Below, one piece after another: positions 9,285-19,418 of a stretch of 64,000 nt of DNA. A program made the position numbers and the translations under genes. Under the pieces are notes generated by a model. That model saw only the letters and a list, made by a program, of their open reading frames with translations. It searched no databases and had not been told where the DNA came from. The stretch spans positions 1-64,000 of IMG/VR virus record IMGVR_UViG_3300037110_000087; one strand, 5' to 3'. Within the stretch, counting starts at the first letter, position 1, and every line of letters starts with the position of its first letter.

Positions 9285-10160
9285 CTACCAACCTATGATC
9301 ACCTTTGTCCAACCTTTTGGATCAATGTCTATCTTAGTCATTAATGTATAATCACGATCAGATTCTATCAGTTTAAAACTAGGACTTGAGTTACCTAGAC
9401 TAAACCCCAGAGTTATGAAGCTGATTGGATAATTATTGTAAGGGGGCAGGTTGTACTGTAGATTTAGTTCGGGAGTCCGCTTGGCTCCATACTCATACCC
9501 AAGGATAATAGAATTTATGGGAGAAACAGACCTGATTCTAATACAAGATTCATTCACGAAATTGATTTCCGGAATAAGTAAATAAGACCCATCTCCAATA
9601 TCTTTCTTCGCAATGCGATCAATTCTGAAGTGATTTTTATCAGTAACCACCACTTTGTCATTTACGATATTTCCCTTCAAATCCAACATAATTGACTGAT
9701 TGGTCACCAATCCGTGACTATTATCAGTCACGAGAATGGAAGTATCCTCAGCTACATACTTCATCGGCCTCCATTGACCCAACCCCTTGATAATACAACT
9801 AATCATGGGTGCTAGGGTTTGCTTGAAGGAATAAGGCGTCAGCGGGTAGTTATGAAAAACTGTCTCTAGTGCATTCCCACTCTCTACTCGGAGCCATCGT
9901 CCCTTTGGTGGACGATCCGCTGGTGCGACAACTTTTAAACCATCGAAGATCTCCATATTCTCACTATCATATTTATAATGACAGTTTTCCTCATGAATAT
10001 GTCTGAAATCTCCGTGTTTGCAATCACCACTAATAATCTCGTATAGATCAGATAGGGAAGTTAGAGTAGTCTTCCAACTAGAACCGGATTCCCCTTGAGC
10101 TAGGAACCTAACGTTCTGCTTAGTTATTGGGTCAAATTTAGTGTAATATACTTCGCTCAT
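9285..10160 (-). CDS. hypothetical protein
   Basis: 291-aa ORF. Confidence 0.7.
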   Translation of the reverse strand: MSEVYYTKFDPITKQNVRFLAQGESGSSWKTTLTSLSDLYEIISGDCKHGDFRHIHEENCHYKYDSENMEIFDGLKVVAPADRPPKGRWLRVESGNALETVFHNYPLTPYSFKQTLAPMISCIIKGLGQWRPMKYVAEDTSILVTDNSHGLVTNQSIMLDLKGNIVNDKVVVTDKNHFRIDRIAKKDIGDGSYLLIPEINFVNESCIRIRSVSPINSIILGYEYGAKRTPELNLQYNLPPYNNYPISFITLGFSLGNSSPSFKLIESDRDYTLMTKIDIDPKGWTKVIIGW

Positions 10161-10848
10161 TTTCTCGGTCCAATTCAGTCCTGGTCGTTAATCTAATCGT
10201 CTTGATTTTTAGTGGATTAAATACAATTGCGTGTCTAACCTGACCATAATATGCTGATTCCATGGTTACAACTGTACCATCCCACCATTGGCTCATTCTC
10301 TCAAGATAAGACTTGGCATCGCCAGGATAAAAATCCGCCCAGACCTGAGTAAAAGCATCAAAAGGACCATCCGAGTATGTAATCATACCATTAACAGCAT
10401 CTCTTAAGGCTTTATAATAGTCTTCTCCCCAGTTTTCAAGAGTTTCTTTGTAGTCGGGTGCTCTCTTGATCAACCATTCAATGCGATCTCGGTATCTCCA
10501 AACTGAACCAACTCGTGGAACCAGTTTTCTTAGATTCAGTTTGACAAAAGCTATATTCTCTCCATAACTCCTAGCGTTTCTCAAATCTGAAGTAAAATAT
10601 AATCCAGGACCTTGGTTGTCGTTTGCACCTTTCAAACCTACATTATCAAGGACCCATTCGGATCGAGGTCGATCGGACCCATGATACCAAACTTCAGGAA
10701 GATTCTTAACGGCAGATACATAAGGGACCTGATTATGCTGGCAACCTTGGTCCCAGCTTTCGGTCAAAACCGGTTCACCCTCATCTGGTTTAATATTCCA
10801 TTTACTTGGCTTTCTGGTAATTACCTTAGCTTGAAGGATCAGTCGCAT
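10138..10848 (-). CDS. ADP-ribosyltransferase-like protein (ART-PolyVal-like) with N-terminal motif
   Basis: WYHGS...GPGLYFTSD...ARSYG...HAIVFNP. Start placed at ATG 10848 (MRLILQAKV) after GGAG. Confidence 0.7.
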   Translation of the reverse strand: MRLILQAKVITRKPSKWNIKPDEGEPVLTESWDQGCQHNQVPYVSAVKNLPEVWYHGSDRPRSEWVLDNVGLKGANDNQGPGLYFTSDLRNARSYGENIAFVKLNLRKLVPRVGSVWRYRDRIEWLIKRAPDYKETLENWGEDYYKALRDAVNGMITYSDGPFDAFTQVWADFYPGDAKSYLERMSQWWDGTVVTMESAYYGQVRHAIVFNPLKIKTIRLTTRTELDRENERSILH

Positions 10849-11380
10849 CTCGCCACTCCAGTATTCCCAAATATTCAAAGTCTTCCTGATGGTTGTAATA
10901 ATCATCCGGTTCTACGCATTCTGGATGAAGACACCATTTAGTGTTGTTCTTAAGGTCATCAACCAGAGCTACTGCTGCAGAGCACACAACATTCGCTGAT
11001 TTAAATAACTTTGCCAACATAGGTCGATGTTGCCAAGTCCTAATCACTAACCCTATCAAATGATTAAGAGCACAATCAAGGATTCCTAGGATGCCGTATG
11101 GTTTTTGATCGAATAGAACTTTTTGGGCCGAGGGGACAGTAAATCTTGGCCTCATCACGTGAATCACTTCTCCTGATATGAGTGTGTACATAGAAAGAAT
11201 GGACTGGGTTCTCACTTTCAATTGTTCCAGAAGGACCTGTTCAGAACCGACATCCTGAATCACTGCTGTATGAGAAAACTGTGATTTAGTAGCGAATCTG
11301 ATTGACTTCACGAACAGACTTTGATTAGTCTTAAATTCGTATAATAAAACATCACCATGTTTGAGTTGATCCAGATACAT
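10826..11380 (-). CDS. permuted papain-like amidase (YiiX/YebB-like NlpC/P60)
   Basis: HGDVLL...FSHTAV (His) precedes VVCSAAV (Cys), which is the permuted order. Confidence 0.75.
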   Translation of the reverse strand: MYLDQLKHGDVLLYEFKTNQSLFVKSIRFATKSQFSHTAVIQDVGSEQVLLEQLKVRTQSILSMYTLISGEVIHVMRPRFTVPSAQKVLFDQKPYGILGILDCALNHLIGLVIRTWQHRPMLAKLFKSANVVCSAAVALVDDLKNNTKWCLHPECVEPDDYYNHQEDFEYLGILEWRDATDPSS

Positions 11381-11937
11381 TATTCCACCTTAACATTTAG
11401 GGGAATTGTCTGGACTACTCTATCAGCGATTATATCTATCGAATCCGAATTCCTTATGATAATTTTGTCCCTGAAATAATCGGCCCACTTGAATTCAAAG
11501 AATGGAATAGGAGTCTTCTTCAAATTACCTAATTTGATCAATTTCCAGACCAAACTCCTGTAGGGATCATCAGCCATACCCCGAATATCCGCAGGTAACT
11601 GATAATACTCTCTCTTCCGTCCATATTGATCCACCGCACGAACCCAAGCAGCCTTTTCCATCAACTCCCAAAAATTGAGATCATCAAAAGAAGAGAAATC
11701 GGCCTGCTCAATGATGGTGACATTCTTATGACCCAATTCGTGATAGGCCCTCAACAGATGATGATGGTCATTCACATATAAACCATGCCTCGACTTTATC
11801 ACCGGCACTGGATGACTATCATCGTATTTATGGAATTCGTCCTTAGACATCTTTTCATAAATAGCCATTTTGGCCTCTATTTCTAGGAGGCCAATGGCTA
11901 TTTGTGATGGTTTTAGATCCAGTATTCTAACTCGCAT
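11380..11937 (-). CDS. ParB-like nuclease-domain protein
   Basis: LKPSQIAIG, PVPVI...YVNDHHH, DDPYRSL, PFFEFKWADYFR. Confidence 0.75.
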   Translation of the reverse strand: MRVRILDLKPSQIAIGLLEIEAKMAIYEKMSKDEFHKYDDSHPVPVIKSRHGLYVNDHHHLLRAYHELGHKNVTIIEQADFSSFDDLNFWELMEKAAWVRAVDQYGRKREYYQLPADIRGMADDPYRSLVWKLIKLGNLKKTPIPFFEFKWADYFRDKIIIRNSDSIDIIADRVVQTIPLNVKVE

Positions 11938-11970
11938 GGAATGACATCCCTCATTCCATTAGATCATGAA

Positions 11971-12762
11971 TTATGCCACCATCTGCTGAACCCAGAAGTC
12001 ATCCGCCAAATTCTCATCAAGCAGATAAGCCTTGGGCAGTAGAAAATAACCAGCGATACCCCAGGTGATATTCCAGGAGTTGCGCATAATCCAGTTACCT
12101 TCCTCGTCATAGCCCACAATCATTACTGCGTGACCACCTAGGCAATTTTCCGAAAGAAAAGGCATTGGGACACGACCGGTGACAGCAACTGCGTCGGATT
12201 CAAACGAATCATAGAGAGTGATGCCCACCATGACCGGAAATCCGCTGGCGAGGACTTGCTTGATCGAGTTCTCATCTTGATTGACTCTAGCGTACTGTGT
12301 CAGTTCGTTCTTAGCCCCGTCTGCGTAGACAATTGAGGGAGGCTTGATGGCGAATTTGGTAATGTCATAGGCCCAATCAATCTCGTTGCATGCACCTAGG
12401 GTATTAAGAGTTTTAATGACATCTCTTAACATGCAACCGGAATCAGAAGCTACCGAATTTTCCATCGCACGAGCATTATAATAGATAGCTAGTCTGGAAG
12501 GAGTCCAGATATCCAACTTAGCCTTGGCACGAGCGAAAATATAGGCGGCTCCACCAGAGTGAGCCGCACAGGATCCCAATTGGCCCTGATCCCAGATCGG
12601 AGGCATGAAAGGAGAAGTACGGAGATCTACTGAGGGAGGGGGTACGACAGAAGGAAAACTGGCCTTAAAGTCGCGATGATCAGGTACGTCTGGCTTCCAA
12701 CCATAACGGTTGAACTTCTGTTCTTCTTTAAAAAACCAGCTAAATAACTGCTTGAATCCCAT
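11971..12762 (-). CDS. papain-like cysteine peptidase (family C1A)
   Basis: DQGQLGSCAAH, GGHAVMIVGY, RNSW, WGIAGYF. Confidence 0.9.
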   Translation of the reverse strand: MGFKQLFSWFFKEEQKFNRYGWKPDVPDHRDFKASFPSVVPPPSVDLRTSPFMPPIWDQGQLGSCAAHSGGAAYIFARAKAKLDIWTPSRLAIYYNARAMENSVASDSGCMLRDVIKTLNTLGACNEIDWAYDITKFAIKPPSIVYADGAKNELTQYARVNQDENSIKQVLASGFPVMVGITLYDSFESDAVAVTGRVPMPFLSENCLGGHAVMIVGYDEEGNWIMRNSWNITWGIAGYFLLPKAYLLDENLADDFWVQQMVA

Positions 12763-13101
12763 TTATTCTCCTTTAGCGTACAATTCTTGGTAGGTCTTAT
12801 TCTCGAATTCAGCATGATATTCGTGGTAAGAATCCCAAGTGCTATGATCCTTAACCCTAATCATCTTGAAATCTCCCTTGATGCTAATGGCATCACCATG
12901 TTCGTCCTGAAACAAACCATGCTGATCCACAAATACTCCTCGCAACTTCCAGACATCCATAATCCGACCACCAGAGTCATTACGGACAATATAATCACCG
13001 GTGTAAGAGCCAAAGAATCCACCATCATGAGCAATATGATTCTGAAGATTAGCACAGCCGACAAGACTGAATAGAGCTAGTGCAAGTATAATTCTCTTCA
13101 T
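12763..13101 (-). CDS. putative lipoprotein
   Basis: MKRIILALALFSLVGC: signal peptide with lipobox. Confidence 0.7.
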   Translation of the reverse strand: MKRIILALALFSLVGCANLQNHIAHDGGFFGSYTGDYIVRNDSGGRIMDVWKLRGVFVDQHGLFQDEHGDAISIKGDFKMIRVKDHSTWDSYHEYHAEFENKTYQELYAKGE

Positions 13102-14306
13102 TATTGCTCCTCGTTCACTTGGCTTAATAGAATCATAATTCTACGGTCAGGATCAGTAAAGAACACTACGCTAGTAGCCTCTGTGATCCGATCAAAGAAC
13201 TGATCAATCCCAAACTGGGGAGCCATCTGCAGGACTGCATTCATACACCGAATAGGAAGGAGGACCTCATGATCTTCATTATTCCAAGTCAGATTGAGGA
13301 TACTCCGATCTGAAATAACTGAACTGCCAGAGCTAGCGAATCCTTTCAACTTGACTTGACTCGCGCCATTTTTTGGACTCAGGACGAAGCTAGGTTCATC
13401 ATTCTTCCTAGCTACACCGATTGATTCGATATATTTCAGCTTCTCTCTCAGTCTAACTGGATCAATCACTCCACTGAAGTTACATCGATCAATTACCATG
13501 AAGCTATTGATAATCGCTTCCAGATCAGGGAATTCTTCATGACTCATGAGAGAGTGGGAAATCATGATCCCACCAGAAACGAATGTGACATTATTTCGAT
13601 CCGACATGATATAGAGATCTTGACCCTCAACCAGATTAATCCCAATCTGCCAGACACTAGGAGGAAGCATCAGATTAAAAGCATCACCAGTCAGATTAGT
13701 GACGCCATCGAAGACGAAGTTGGAAAGAAAGATCTCCTGAGTAGTGGAAGATTCAATTTTGACTTTGTTCGTCGCGTCCACGCAAACATTGACTACACTG
13801 ACGGCCTGAGCCTGGGAGCGCTTGTAGACAAATGCCGCAGCCCCTTCAATCAGCTTCCCAAAGTAATCAGTGGCGGTGCTAGTCATCTGGAATCTGGGTT
13901 CACCATGCTGACGGACAATAAATGACCCCGGAGTCTCTGAGAACTCTGATTCGAACTTAATATCACTCATCTGAGGACTATCTGGATATTTGATATAGAT
14001 CCGGTCCGTGATCTGAATCTCAATTGGCTGATCCGGTGAGAAGTTCTCAGGGAGATTCTGGAACAACGAACTATTCACCATGGCAAAAGTTCCTAATCCC
14101 TCTTCGATCTCGATATCTACATTGACGACACCATAAATCTCTTTGCGGCTTACTTCCATCGCTAGCTGCTGCTTATCACCGACAGTCATCAGGGTGATAC
14201 GCATATCAAACTGGATGTCCTCAGACGCACCAATCTTTGCGATGGCTTTCATCATCTTATTGAACGGCTGCAAAGACTGTTTTAGAACCTTAAACTTAAT
14301 GGACAT
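13101..14306 (-). CDS. DNA polymerase III beta-clamp-like sliding clamp (divergent)
   Basis: 401 aa with repeated helix/beta pattern. SHSLMSHEEFPDLEAII corresponds to the DnaN G.FP.Y..VI motif. A DnaX-like gene is present in the window. Confidence 0.6.
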   Translation of the reverse strand: MSIKFKVLKQSLQPFNKMMKAIAKIGASEDIQFDMRITLMTVGDKQQLAMEVSRKEIYGVVNVDIEIEEGLGTFAMVNSSLFQNLPENFSPDQPIEIQITDRIYIKYPDSPQMSDIKFESEFSETPGSFIVRQHGEPRFQMTSTATDYFGKLIEGAAAFVYKRSQAQAVSVVNVCVDATNKVKIESSTTQEIFLSNFVFDGVTNLTGDAFNLMLPPSVWQIGINLVEGQDLYIMSDRNNVTFVSGGIMISHSLMSHEEFPDLEAIINSFMVIDRCNFSGVIDPVRLREKLKYIESIGVARKNDEPSFVLSPKNGASQVKLKGFASSGSSVISDRSILNLTWNNEDHEVLLPIRCMNAVLQMAPQFGIDQFFDRITEATSVVFFTDPDRRIMILLSQVNEEQ

Positions 14307-14352
14307 CCATTCTCCTACAAGTAAGTGTATTTTCTATAACCGATTAAAAATT

Positions 14353-14583
14353 CTAAATAGTAGGCCAGGACTTGATTCTAAAAACAGAATTAGCAATTGT
14401 GCCGGTTGCTAGAACAATAGAACCTTCTGTGGTATCCATTTCGAAGTAACTGCCACCACCAGCTATTCCCTCGATGCCTTTCTGCAACTCTGTTAGTTCA
14501 TCGGCAGTTACTGTCTCGACTACACTTTCGAAAGTTCCCACTGGGGTGATTGCTGTAACCCTGACGCTAAAAACTTCTCCCAT
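14353..14583 (-). CDS. hypothetical protein
   Basis: 76-aa ORF, RBS AAGGAG. Confidence 0.65.
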   Translation of the reverse strand: MGEVFSVRVTAITPVGTFESVVETVTADELTELQKGIEGIAGGGSYFEMDTTEGSIVLATGTIANSVFRIKSWPTI

Positions 14584-14593
14584 TCTGTTCTCC

Positions 14594-15031
14594 TTAGTCC
14601 CAAGTCACATCAACTACGTTTCTATCAAGGTCGACGTCCAGGGCCATATAAAACAACCAGGAGGCGTTTTCAAAGAACTTTAGGTAGGTAGCCGCATCGA
14701 GAGTATCGACAAAAATCTCCTCTTCGGTCATGGTCTTAGCAGACTCAACCGCTTCATCATCAAAGATTCTGAAGCAATGAACAGCCCAGTCATCACCAGA
14801 TAGTTTGGCAAACTCTTCCCAATCAAAAGGATCAGTGATGACACCAGTTTCTTCTAGATACTCCCTAGACATTCCCTGTGCTGGAGTCTCGAATACTTCT
14901 ACTTTGCCACCAACACCATTGACTTTCCCAGCCTGATTGGACGGATGGGTCTTATGAATCAATACACACTTTCGGGGGGAAGCCGGTGTATCCGTCCGTG
15001 AGAAAGCGAATCCAACTGAATATCTTTGCAT
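14594..15031 (-). CDS. NUDIX hydrolase
   Basis: NGVGGKVEVFETPAQGMSREYLEETG Nudix box. Confidence 0.85.
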   Translation of the reverse strand: MQRYSVGFAFSRTDTPASPRKCVLIHKTHPSNQAGKVNGVGGKVEVFETPAQGMSREYLEETGVITDPFDWEEFAKLSGDDWAVHCFRIFDDEAVESAKTMTEEEIFVDTLDAATYLKFFENASWLFYMALDVDLDRNVVDVTWD

Positions 15032-15033
15032 AC

Positions 15034-16035
15034 TTATACCTTTATAAATGCCTCTATAGGCAGGATGTTATTGGAATCGAGCAGCCCATTGTCTACCAGC
15101 AGTTTGAGAGTGTCATACTGGGTGGATCTGACTGTGTTGTACAAATAAACCGGGTCAATGGACTGTTTGATTCCAAATGAATCAAACACCTGACATAGAC
15201 TGGCCAATTCTGGGCCAAAATAACCAAAGGGAACCCTAAGATTAGTCATAATCTTGGCCAGGATATAGTTCACCCTGGCCTTATCACCAAAGTCTGTGAT
15301 CTCTTTGGCCCAATTCTTTGTTGTTTTGGTTTTCGCCTTCGGGATCAATTCGTCGACTCGCGCTAATAGATCTTCCACGGAAGAAGCAGCCTGGACTGCC
15401 GGTTCACCGATCTTCTTAGGCAGTCCAAACACCTTAGGAATATTATCAGAGGGATCACCAAAGAACGACTTATAAAGGGGGATCTTGTCGGCAGTGACCC
15501 CGAACTCCCCCTTGATGTGTTCCTCTGTAATCTCTTCAAAACCGTCCATACTAGATTTAAAAATATGAACCTTAGGGTTGACTTTCAACTGCCAAAGATC
15601 CTTATCTGATGCGACGATGTTTACCTTGATTCCCTTCTCGGAACACTGGGTAGAAAGGCTACCGATACAATCATCAGCCTCATTATTCAGATCCATCGCT
15701 ACTACAGTCGACAAGGTTGTAAAGACCCAATTACGAAGGTATTTCCGAATTTCTTTGTTCTGTTCGTAGTTGTCTTCCTTCTTACGATCCTGTCTGTTCG
15801 CCTTATACTCAGGAAAAATGTCATACTTCCACTTTGGAAAGCCATCAAGAACGAAGATTGGATTAGTGAATCGGTTGTAAATGGTCTGAACCGACTGGTA
15901 CATCATGTGGGCCGGTCCAGCATAGACATTCCCCACGAAACTACTGGCTCTAGTGGCGGATGGACTATAGACACACCTATACATCAGCCAACTAGTATCA
16001 ATCAAAGTGATTTCTTTAAAAGTCACAAGAGACAT
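15034..16035 (-). CDS. 5'-3' exonuclease / flap endonuclease (PolA N-terminal type)
   Basis: LIDTSWLMYR, YKANR, EADD, SDKDLWQL, GDPSDNIP. Confidence 0.9.
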   Translation of the reverse strand: MSLVTFKEITLIDTSWLMYRCVYSPSATRASSFVGNVYAGPAHMMYQSVQTIYNRFTNPIFVLDGFPKWKYDIFPEYKANRQDRKKEDNYEQNKEIRKYLRNWVFTTLSTVVAMDLNNEADDCIGSLSTQCSEKGIKVNIVASDKDLWQLKVNPKVHIFKSSMDGFEEITEEHIKGEFGVTADKIPLYKSFFGDPSDNIPKVFGLPKKIGEPAVQAASSVEDLLARVDELIPKAKTKTTKNWAKEITDFGDKARVNYILAKIMTNLRVPFGYFGPELASLCQVFDSFGIKQSIDPVYLYNTVRSTQYDTLKLLVDNGLLDSNNILPIEAFIKV

Positions 16036-16064
16036 TTTTATCCTTAGTGTTGTATCTGTAACAG

Positions 16065-16292
16065 CTAAACCACTGGACCAGAACGATAGAAGCTGATATT
16101 GATCCTACCGAATTTTTTATTCACCCTTAGATCGCAAACAGTTTCAACCCTAGTCTGCTGGAACAGATCCGCAGTGAACTCCTCACATACCCGGTTGATC
16201 TGTTCTAAAAGCTCAGGGGTAATAATCAGACCCTCGTATTCCTTGAGCTTCTTATCAAGAATTTCAAAATAAGCATATACCTCTTGATCCAT
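16065..16292 (-). CDS. hypothetical protein
   Basis: 75-aa ORF. Confidence 0.6.
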   Translation of the reverse strand: MDQEVYAYFEILDKKLKEYEGLIITPELLEQINRVCEEFTADLFQQTRVETVCDLRVNKKFGRINISFYRSGPVV

Positions 16293-16630
16293 TAGTCAGT
16301 CTCGCCACCATCGGAATCAGGTTCAGGTAGAGTTAAGCTCTCTATCACCTTTATCACCTTTAACTCATCTGCTCGTGATATTGAGCAACTTTCTTTTGAC
16401 GGGTTGGCTCTAACAATGCTTCCATCTATACCCAGTCCGTCCTCCGGACTCAGATTATAGGTGCGCTCGATGCTCTTGCCCCAGAGATCAATCTCTTCCT
16501 CAATTCTCTTCCTCAATTCCACTGCATCCCAGAGAGCAGCTTTCAGCTTCAATATATTCATATCGGCTGTATCCCTCTTTCTCATGAGACTAGCATGATG
16601 AATCATGAGATTAGGTTCAATCTTTTCCAT
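16292..16630 (-). CDS. hypothetical protein
   Basis: 112-aa ORF, RBS GGAG. Confidence 0.65.
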   Translation of the reverse strand: MEKIEPNLMIHHASLMRKRDTADMNILKLKAALWDAVELRKRIEEEIDLWGKSIERTYNLSPEDGLGIDGSIVRANPSKESCSISRADELKVIKVIESLTLPEPDSDGGETD

Positions 16631-16668
16631 ATATGACTCCAGATCTTAAATATATAACCTGAAATCAC

Positions 16669-17877
16669 TTAACCTATCGCCACCACTTCATGAGCGTTAA
16701 GAGTGGGCTGCAGTCCTTGGAAGTATCTAATTGATATGTTATTAGAATCAACGAGGAAGATATCAGGATAAACCTTCTCACCAGTCGCAGCAATAAAGAC
16801 CTGTGCAAGAACTTGCATGGTCCCAAGATTATGAGTGAAAGTGATATTCTGAGTCGTGCCATCACCAATCAGACCAGAAGCTTTACCGGTAGCTCCGAGG
16901 TTTGATCTTGCGCCCGACGCAGTTCCTGAACCAGTACCACCTTGAGCTACTGTCGCAGTCCCAGTCAATGTTGAGATATCAATACTGCCGGGATTGATAT
17001 CGAGTTTGATATCATTAGTTTCCTGAGTGACACTGATCAGCGTGGAGCCAGCAACGAGGGATCTGAAGTTAAGAGTCGATCCTGTACTACCACTATAAAC
17101 TTGTGCACCAGTACCCAGGTTACCAGCAGATGCTCCTGACATGGGTAGATTAGTAAAGGTAAGCGGAGTGGTTCCTAGGGTGAAGGGATAGGGAGTAGCC
17201 AAGATCCAGAGAGTGTCCGGATTCGTACCAGAGGAAATTGGAACGACCATGGCAACCATGATTGTAGCATTATTGGCATCGGGGGCCAGGGTCATTGCTG
17301 ATCCTGAACCATTATAAATATAGAGGCCATTTTGCTGACCAAGAGTCTGTCCGTTCAGCAACACCCTATCATTTACATCCATTGTTTCCGTATCAATTAT
17401 CGCAGGTGCGGAGGCAATATTAATATTAGTCAGAGCGATTACTCTAGCTTCTTCCTTCCAGGTCCATCCCTGAATCAGAGCCTGGACATAACTCATAGTA
17501 ACGGCATCGGAACTGACAGAAGGAGTACCCAATCCTGTCAATCTCTGGCCATTCATGTTCACAGTGCCGACTGGAGATCCAAATTGATCTAAAGTGTAGT
17601 CTTGGACAGTCGTAGCCAAGTCACTAATTGTGCTGGCAGTCTGAGTTCCAGTTTGATTTGCACGATTTAAATAATAAGATGCTGGCTGACCATTCAGTGT
17701 AGAGCCATCAGATAGAACAATGACTGTAGAAGAGTCAGTTTTTAATTTAGCTTGTTTCGTATCACTACGAAACCATATACGACCTACCGCCGCACCAACG
17801 GGGTCCGCAGTTAATATTTCTAGTGTCGCATTAGTAAGGGGGGTACCCTGGAAATCGACATTCTCCATCATTTTCAT
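16669..17877 (-). CDS. virion structural / tail-fibre-like protein
   Basis: Gly/Thr/Ser-rich. WKEEARVIALTNINI...DRVLLNGQT..QNGLY module and C-terminal THNLG..V.AQVF are typical of phage fibre proteins. Confidence 0.7.
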   Translation of the reverse strand: MKMMENVDFQGTPLTNATLEILTADPVGAAVGRIWFRSDTKQAKLKTDSSTVIVLSDGSTLNGQPASYYLNRANQTGTQTASTISDLATTVQDYTLDQFGSPVGTVNMNGQRLTGLGTPSVSSDAVTMSYVQALIQGWTWKEEARVIALTNINIASAPAIIDTETMDVNDRVLLNGQTLGQQNGLYIYNGSGSAMTLAPDANNATIMVAMVVPISSGTNPDTLWILATPYPFTLGTTPLTFTNLPMSGASAGNLGTGAQVYSGSTGSTLNFRSLVAGSTLISVTQETNDIKLDINPGSIDISTLTGTATVAQGGTGSGTASGARSNLGATGKASGLIGDGTTQNITFTHNLGTMQVLAQVFIAATGEKVYPDIFLVDSNNISIRYFQGLQPTLNAHEVVAIG

Positions 17878-17895
17878 TGGACAGTCCTCTATCCC

Positions 17896-17904
17896 AGTTT
17901 ACCA
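17896..17904 (-). promoter_or_regulatory. extended -10 element (TGgTAAACT)
   Basis: Upstream of the GAGG RBS of 16669..17877. The same TGnTA[AT]A[AC]T form occurs at four other gene starts. Confidence 0.45.
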
Positions 17905-17919
17905 CCAGGATTAGAGACT

Positions 17920-18744
17920 TCACTGAGTTATACAACTCCAGTCAATATATTCCCATCTATCTGGGTTCATGATTGTCATTGGTATCTGACCCTTTTCTTC
18001 TAAATCCCAAATCTTCGGAACTAATTGGATATTATCAGATTTGTACTGTCTGAACATTGTCACCAGGAGTCTTTTGATATTATCAGATAAGTTTAAAATA
18101 TCCAAAATCTTGAGTAATCCAGAATCTTCGAAAGATGCCGGAATCTCTGGTGGACTGTCCAGATTCCTGAATAGGCAGTCAATGGTCGCCTGAGCAAAAG
18201 CTACTCTTGCCAAAAGATATTCAGGATCATTAGTAGGAGGAAATAGTCTAAATTCAAAGGTCTCATTTCTAAGACACACCACTGGATGATGGAGACAAGG
18301 CGCAGATCTGCATACAGGAGGACCCGGCCTATTCATCCTTATACCACATCCCCCGAGGGCATAAGCGGTCTTATTTCTCTCTAAACTAACGAACAACCTA
18401 CATAACTTAGATATCTGATTACCAAATTGAAGAATATTAGCCTCTCTACCAGGATTTTGCCAAGCTAAGGGATAAATATCTGTCGCATCTATATGAACAT
18501 GAGTAGAACAGGTATAATGCTCAATATCTAAATTACACTCCTTGAGCAGATCATAAAATAGAGAAATCTGATCAAAAATTTCTCTACCTTTAAGCTTCGG
18601 AGACACATATTCTTTACCTTCTCTTGGGATAGCGGCCTCAAAAGGAGTTTTCCAATCAAGAGCTTTCATATGAGACTCCAGGAGGGGATTATTCTTTGGA
18701 ATCTCTAATTCTACGCCAATAAACCTACCACTAAATTCAATCAT
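17920..18744 (-). CDS. putative amidoligase (COOH-NH2 ligase type 2)
   Basis: FIGVELE, EYVSP, CSTHVHID, TFEFRLF. Confidence 0.75.
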   Translation of the reverse strand: MIEFSGRFIGVELEIPKNNPLLESHMKALDWKTPFEAAIPREGKEYVSPKLKGREIFDQISLFYDLLKECNLDIEHYTCSTHVHIDATDIYPLAWQNPGREANILQFGNQISKLCRLFVSLERNKTAYALGGCGIRMNRPGPPVCRSAPCLHHPVVCLRNETFEFRLFPPTNDPEYLLARVAFAQATIDCLFRNLDSPPEIPASFEDSGLLKILDILNLSDNIKRLLVTMFRQYKSDNIQLVPKIWDLEEKGQIPMTIMNPDRWEYIDWSCITQ

Positions 18745-18764
18745 ATTTTAGTCTAACAGATATG

Positions 18765-18786
18765 AAAAAGGGGCCTTGCGGCCCCC
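18765..18786 (-). terminator. Rho-independent terminator
   Basis: GGGGCC-4 nt-GGCCCC hairpin followed by a U5 run on the minus strand. Confidence 0.75.
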
Positions 18787-19064
18787 TATTGGGTGCTACT
18801 ATTTGATCCAGAATGTCCATTTGATCGTGCTGGCCTACACCAGACACTGGGATGGACTTTGATACTGGTGTCTCCTCCGCGTCGTTGCCGATAGCGGACA
18901 CCCAATCTTAAGATCTTAAACCACCATATCTCTGATCACTCAGGAGACAACCCGCGATCTCTTCATCAAAGGCTACCCCCACGAGAGCTTCAATGATTTC
19001 ACGTGGAGTTGAGTTAGTCTCCCTTGCCACTACTTCAATGGCATTACTGAGAACTTCGAATCCC

Positions 19065-19406
19065 TTAGCCATGATGAGGGATAATGCTCTGTAGGGCTGC
19101 AGCCTGGGGATAGATGAGATTGGAAATATTTCCAGCGAAGATCCCCAAACAGATGAGGATAGCCGCGCAAGCCAAAATTATGAGTCCGATCTTATCCATA
19201 CCATCCCAAACAGGCCGAAGTCGTTTGGACTCTTCTGTGTCAATCTTCAGGGCCTTAATGAGTCCGAACGTCGCGAGAGCACCCAGTATAAAGCTAATAC
19301 CTAGGGCAAGGGACGCGTTCAGGATTTCTTTAGCTACCAGAGTGGGCCAGACAGCCTGAAGCTTATCGACTACAGCCACAAAGGCTGCTGAAGCTTCTTG
19401 ATTCAT
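19065..19406 (-). CDS. small membrane protein
   Basis: Two hydrophobic segments; RBS AAGGAG. Confidence 0.7.
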   Translation of the reverse strand: MNQEASAAFVAVVDKLQAVWPTLVAKEILNASLALGISFILGALATFGLIKALKIDTEESKRLRPVWDGMDKIGLIILACAAILICLGIFAGNISNLIYPQAAALQSIIPHHG

Positions 19407-19418
19407 ATGGATTTCTCC

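Noticed and set aside
9143-9287. Possible TAG read-through or stop-codon recoding after ORF 9285..10160
   Set aside because: The downstream coding stretch has its own ATG at 9283 in a different frame. Long conserved genes are intact under code 11 and end in TAA, TAG or TGA.
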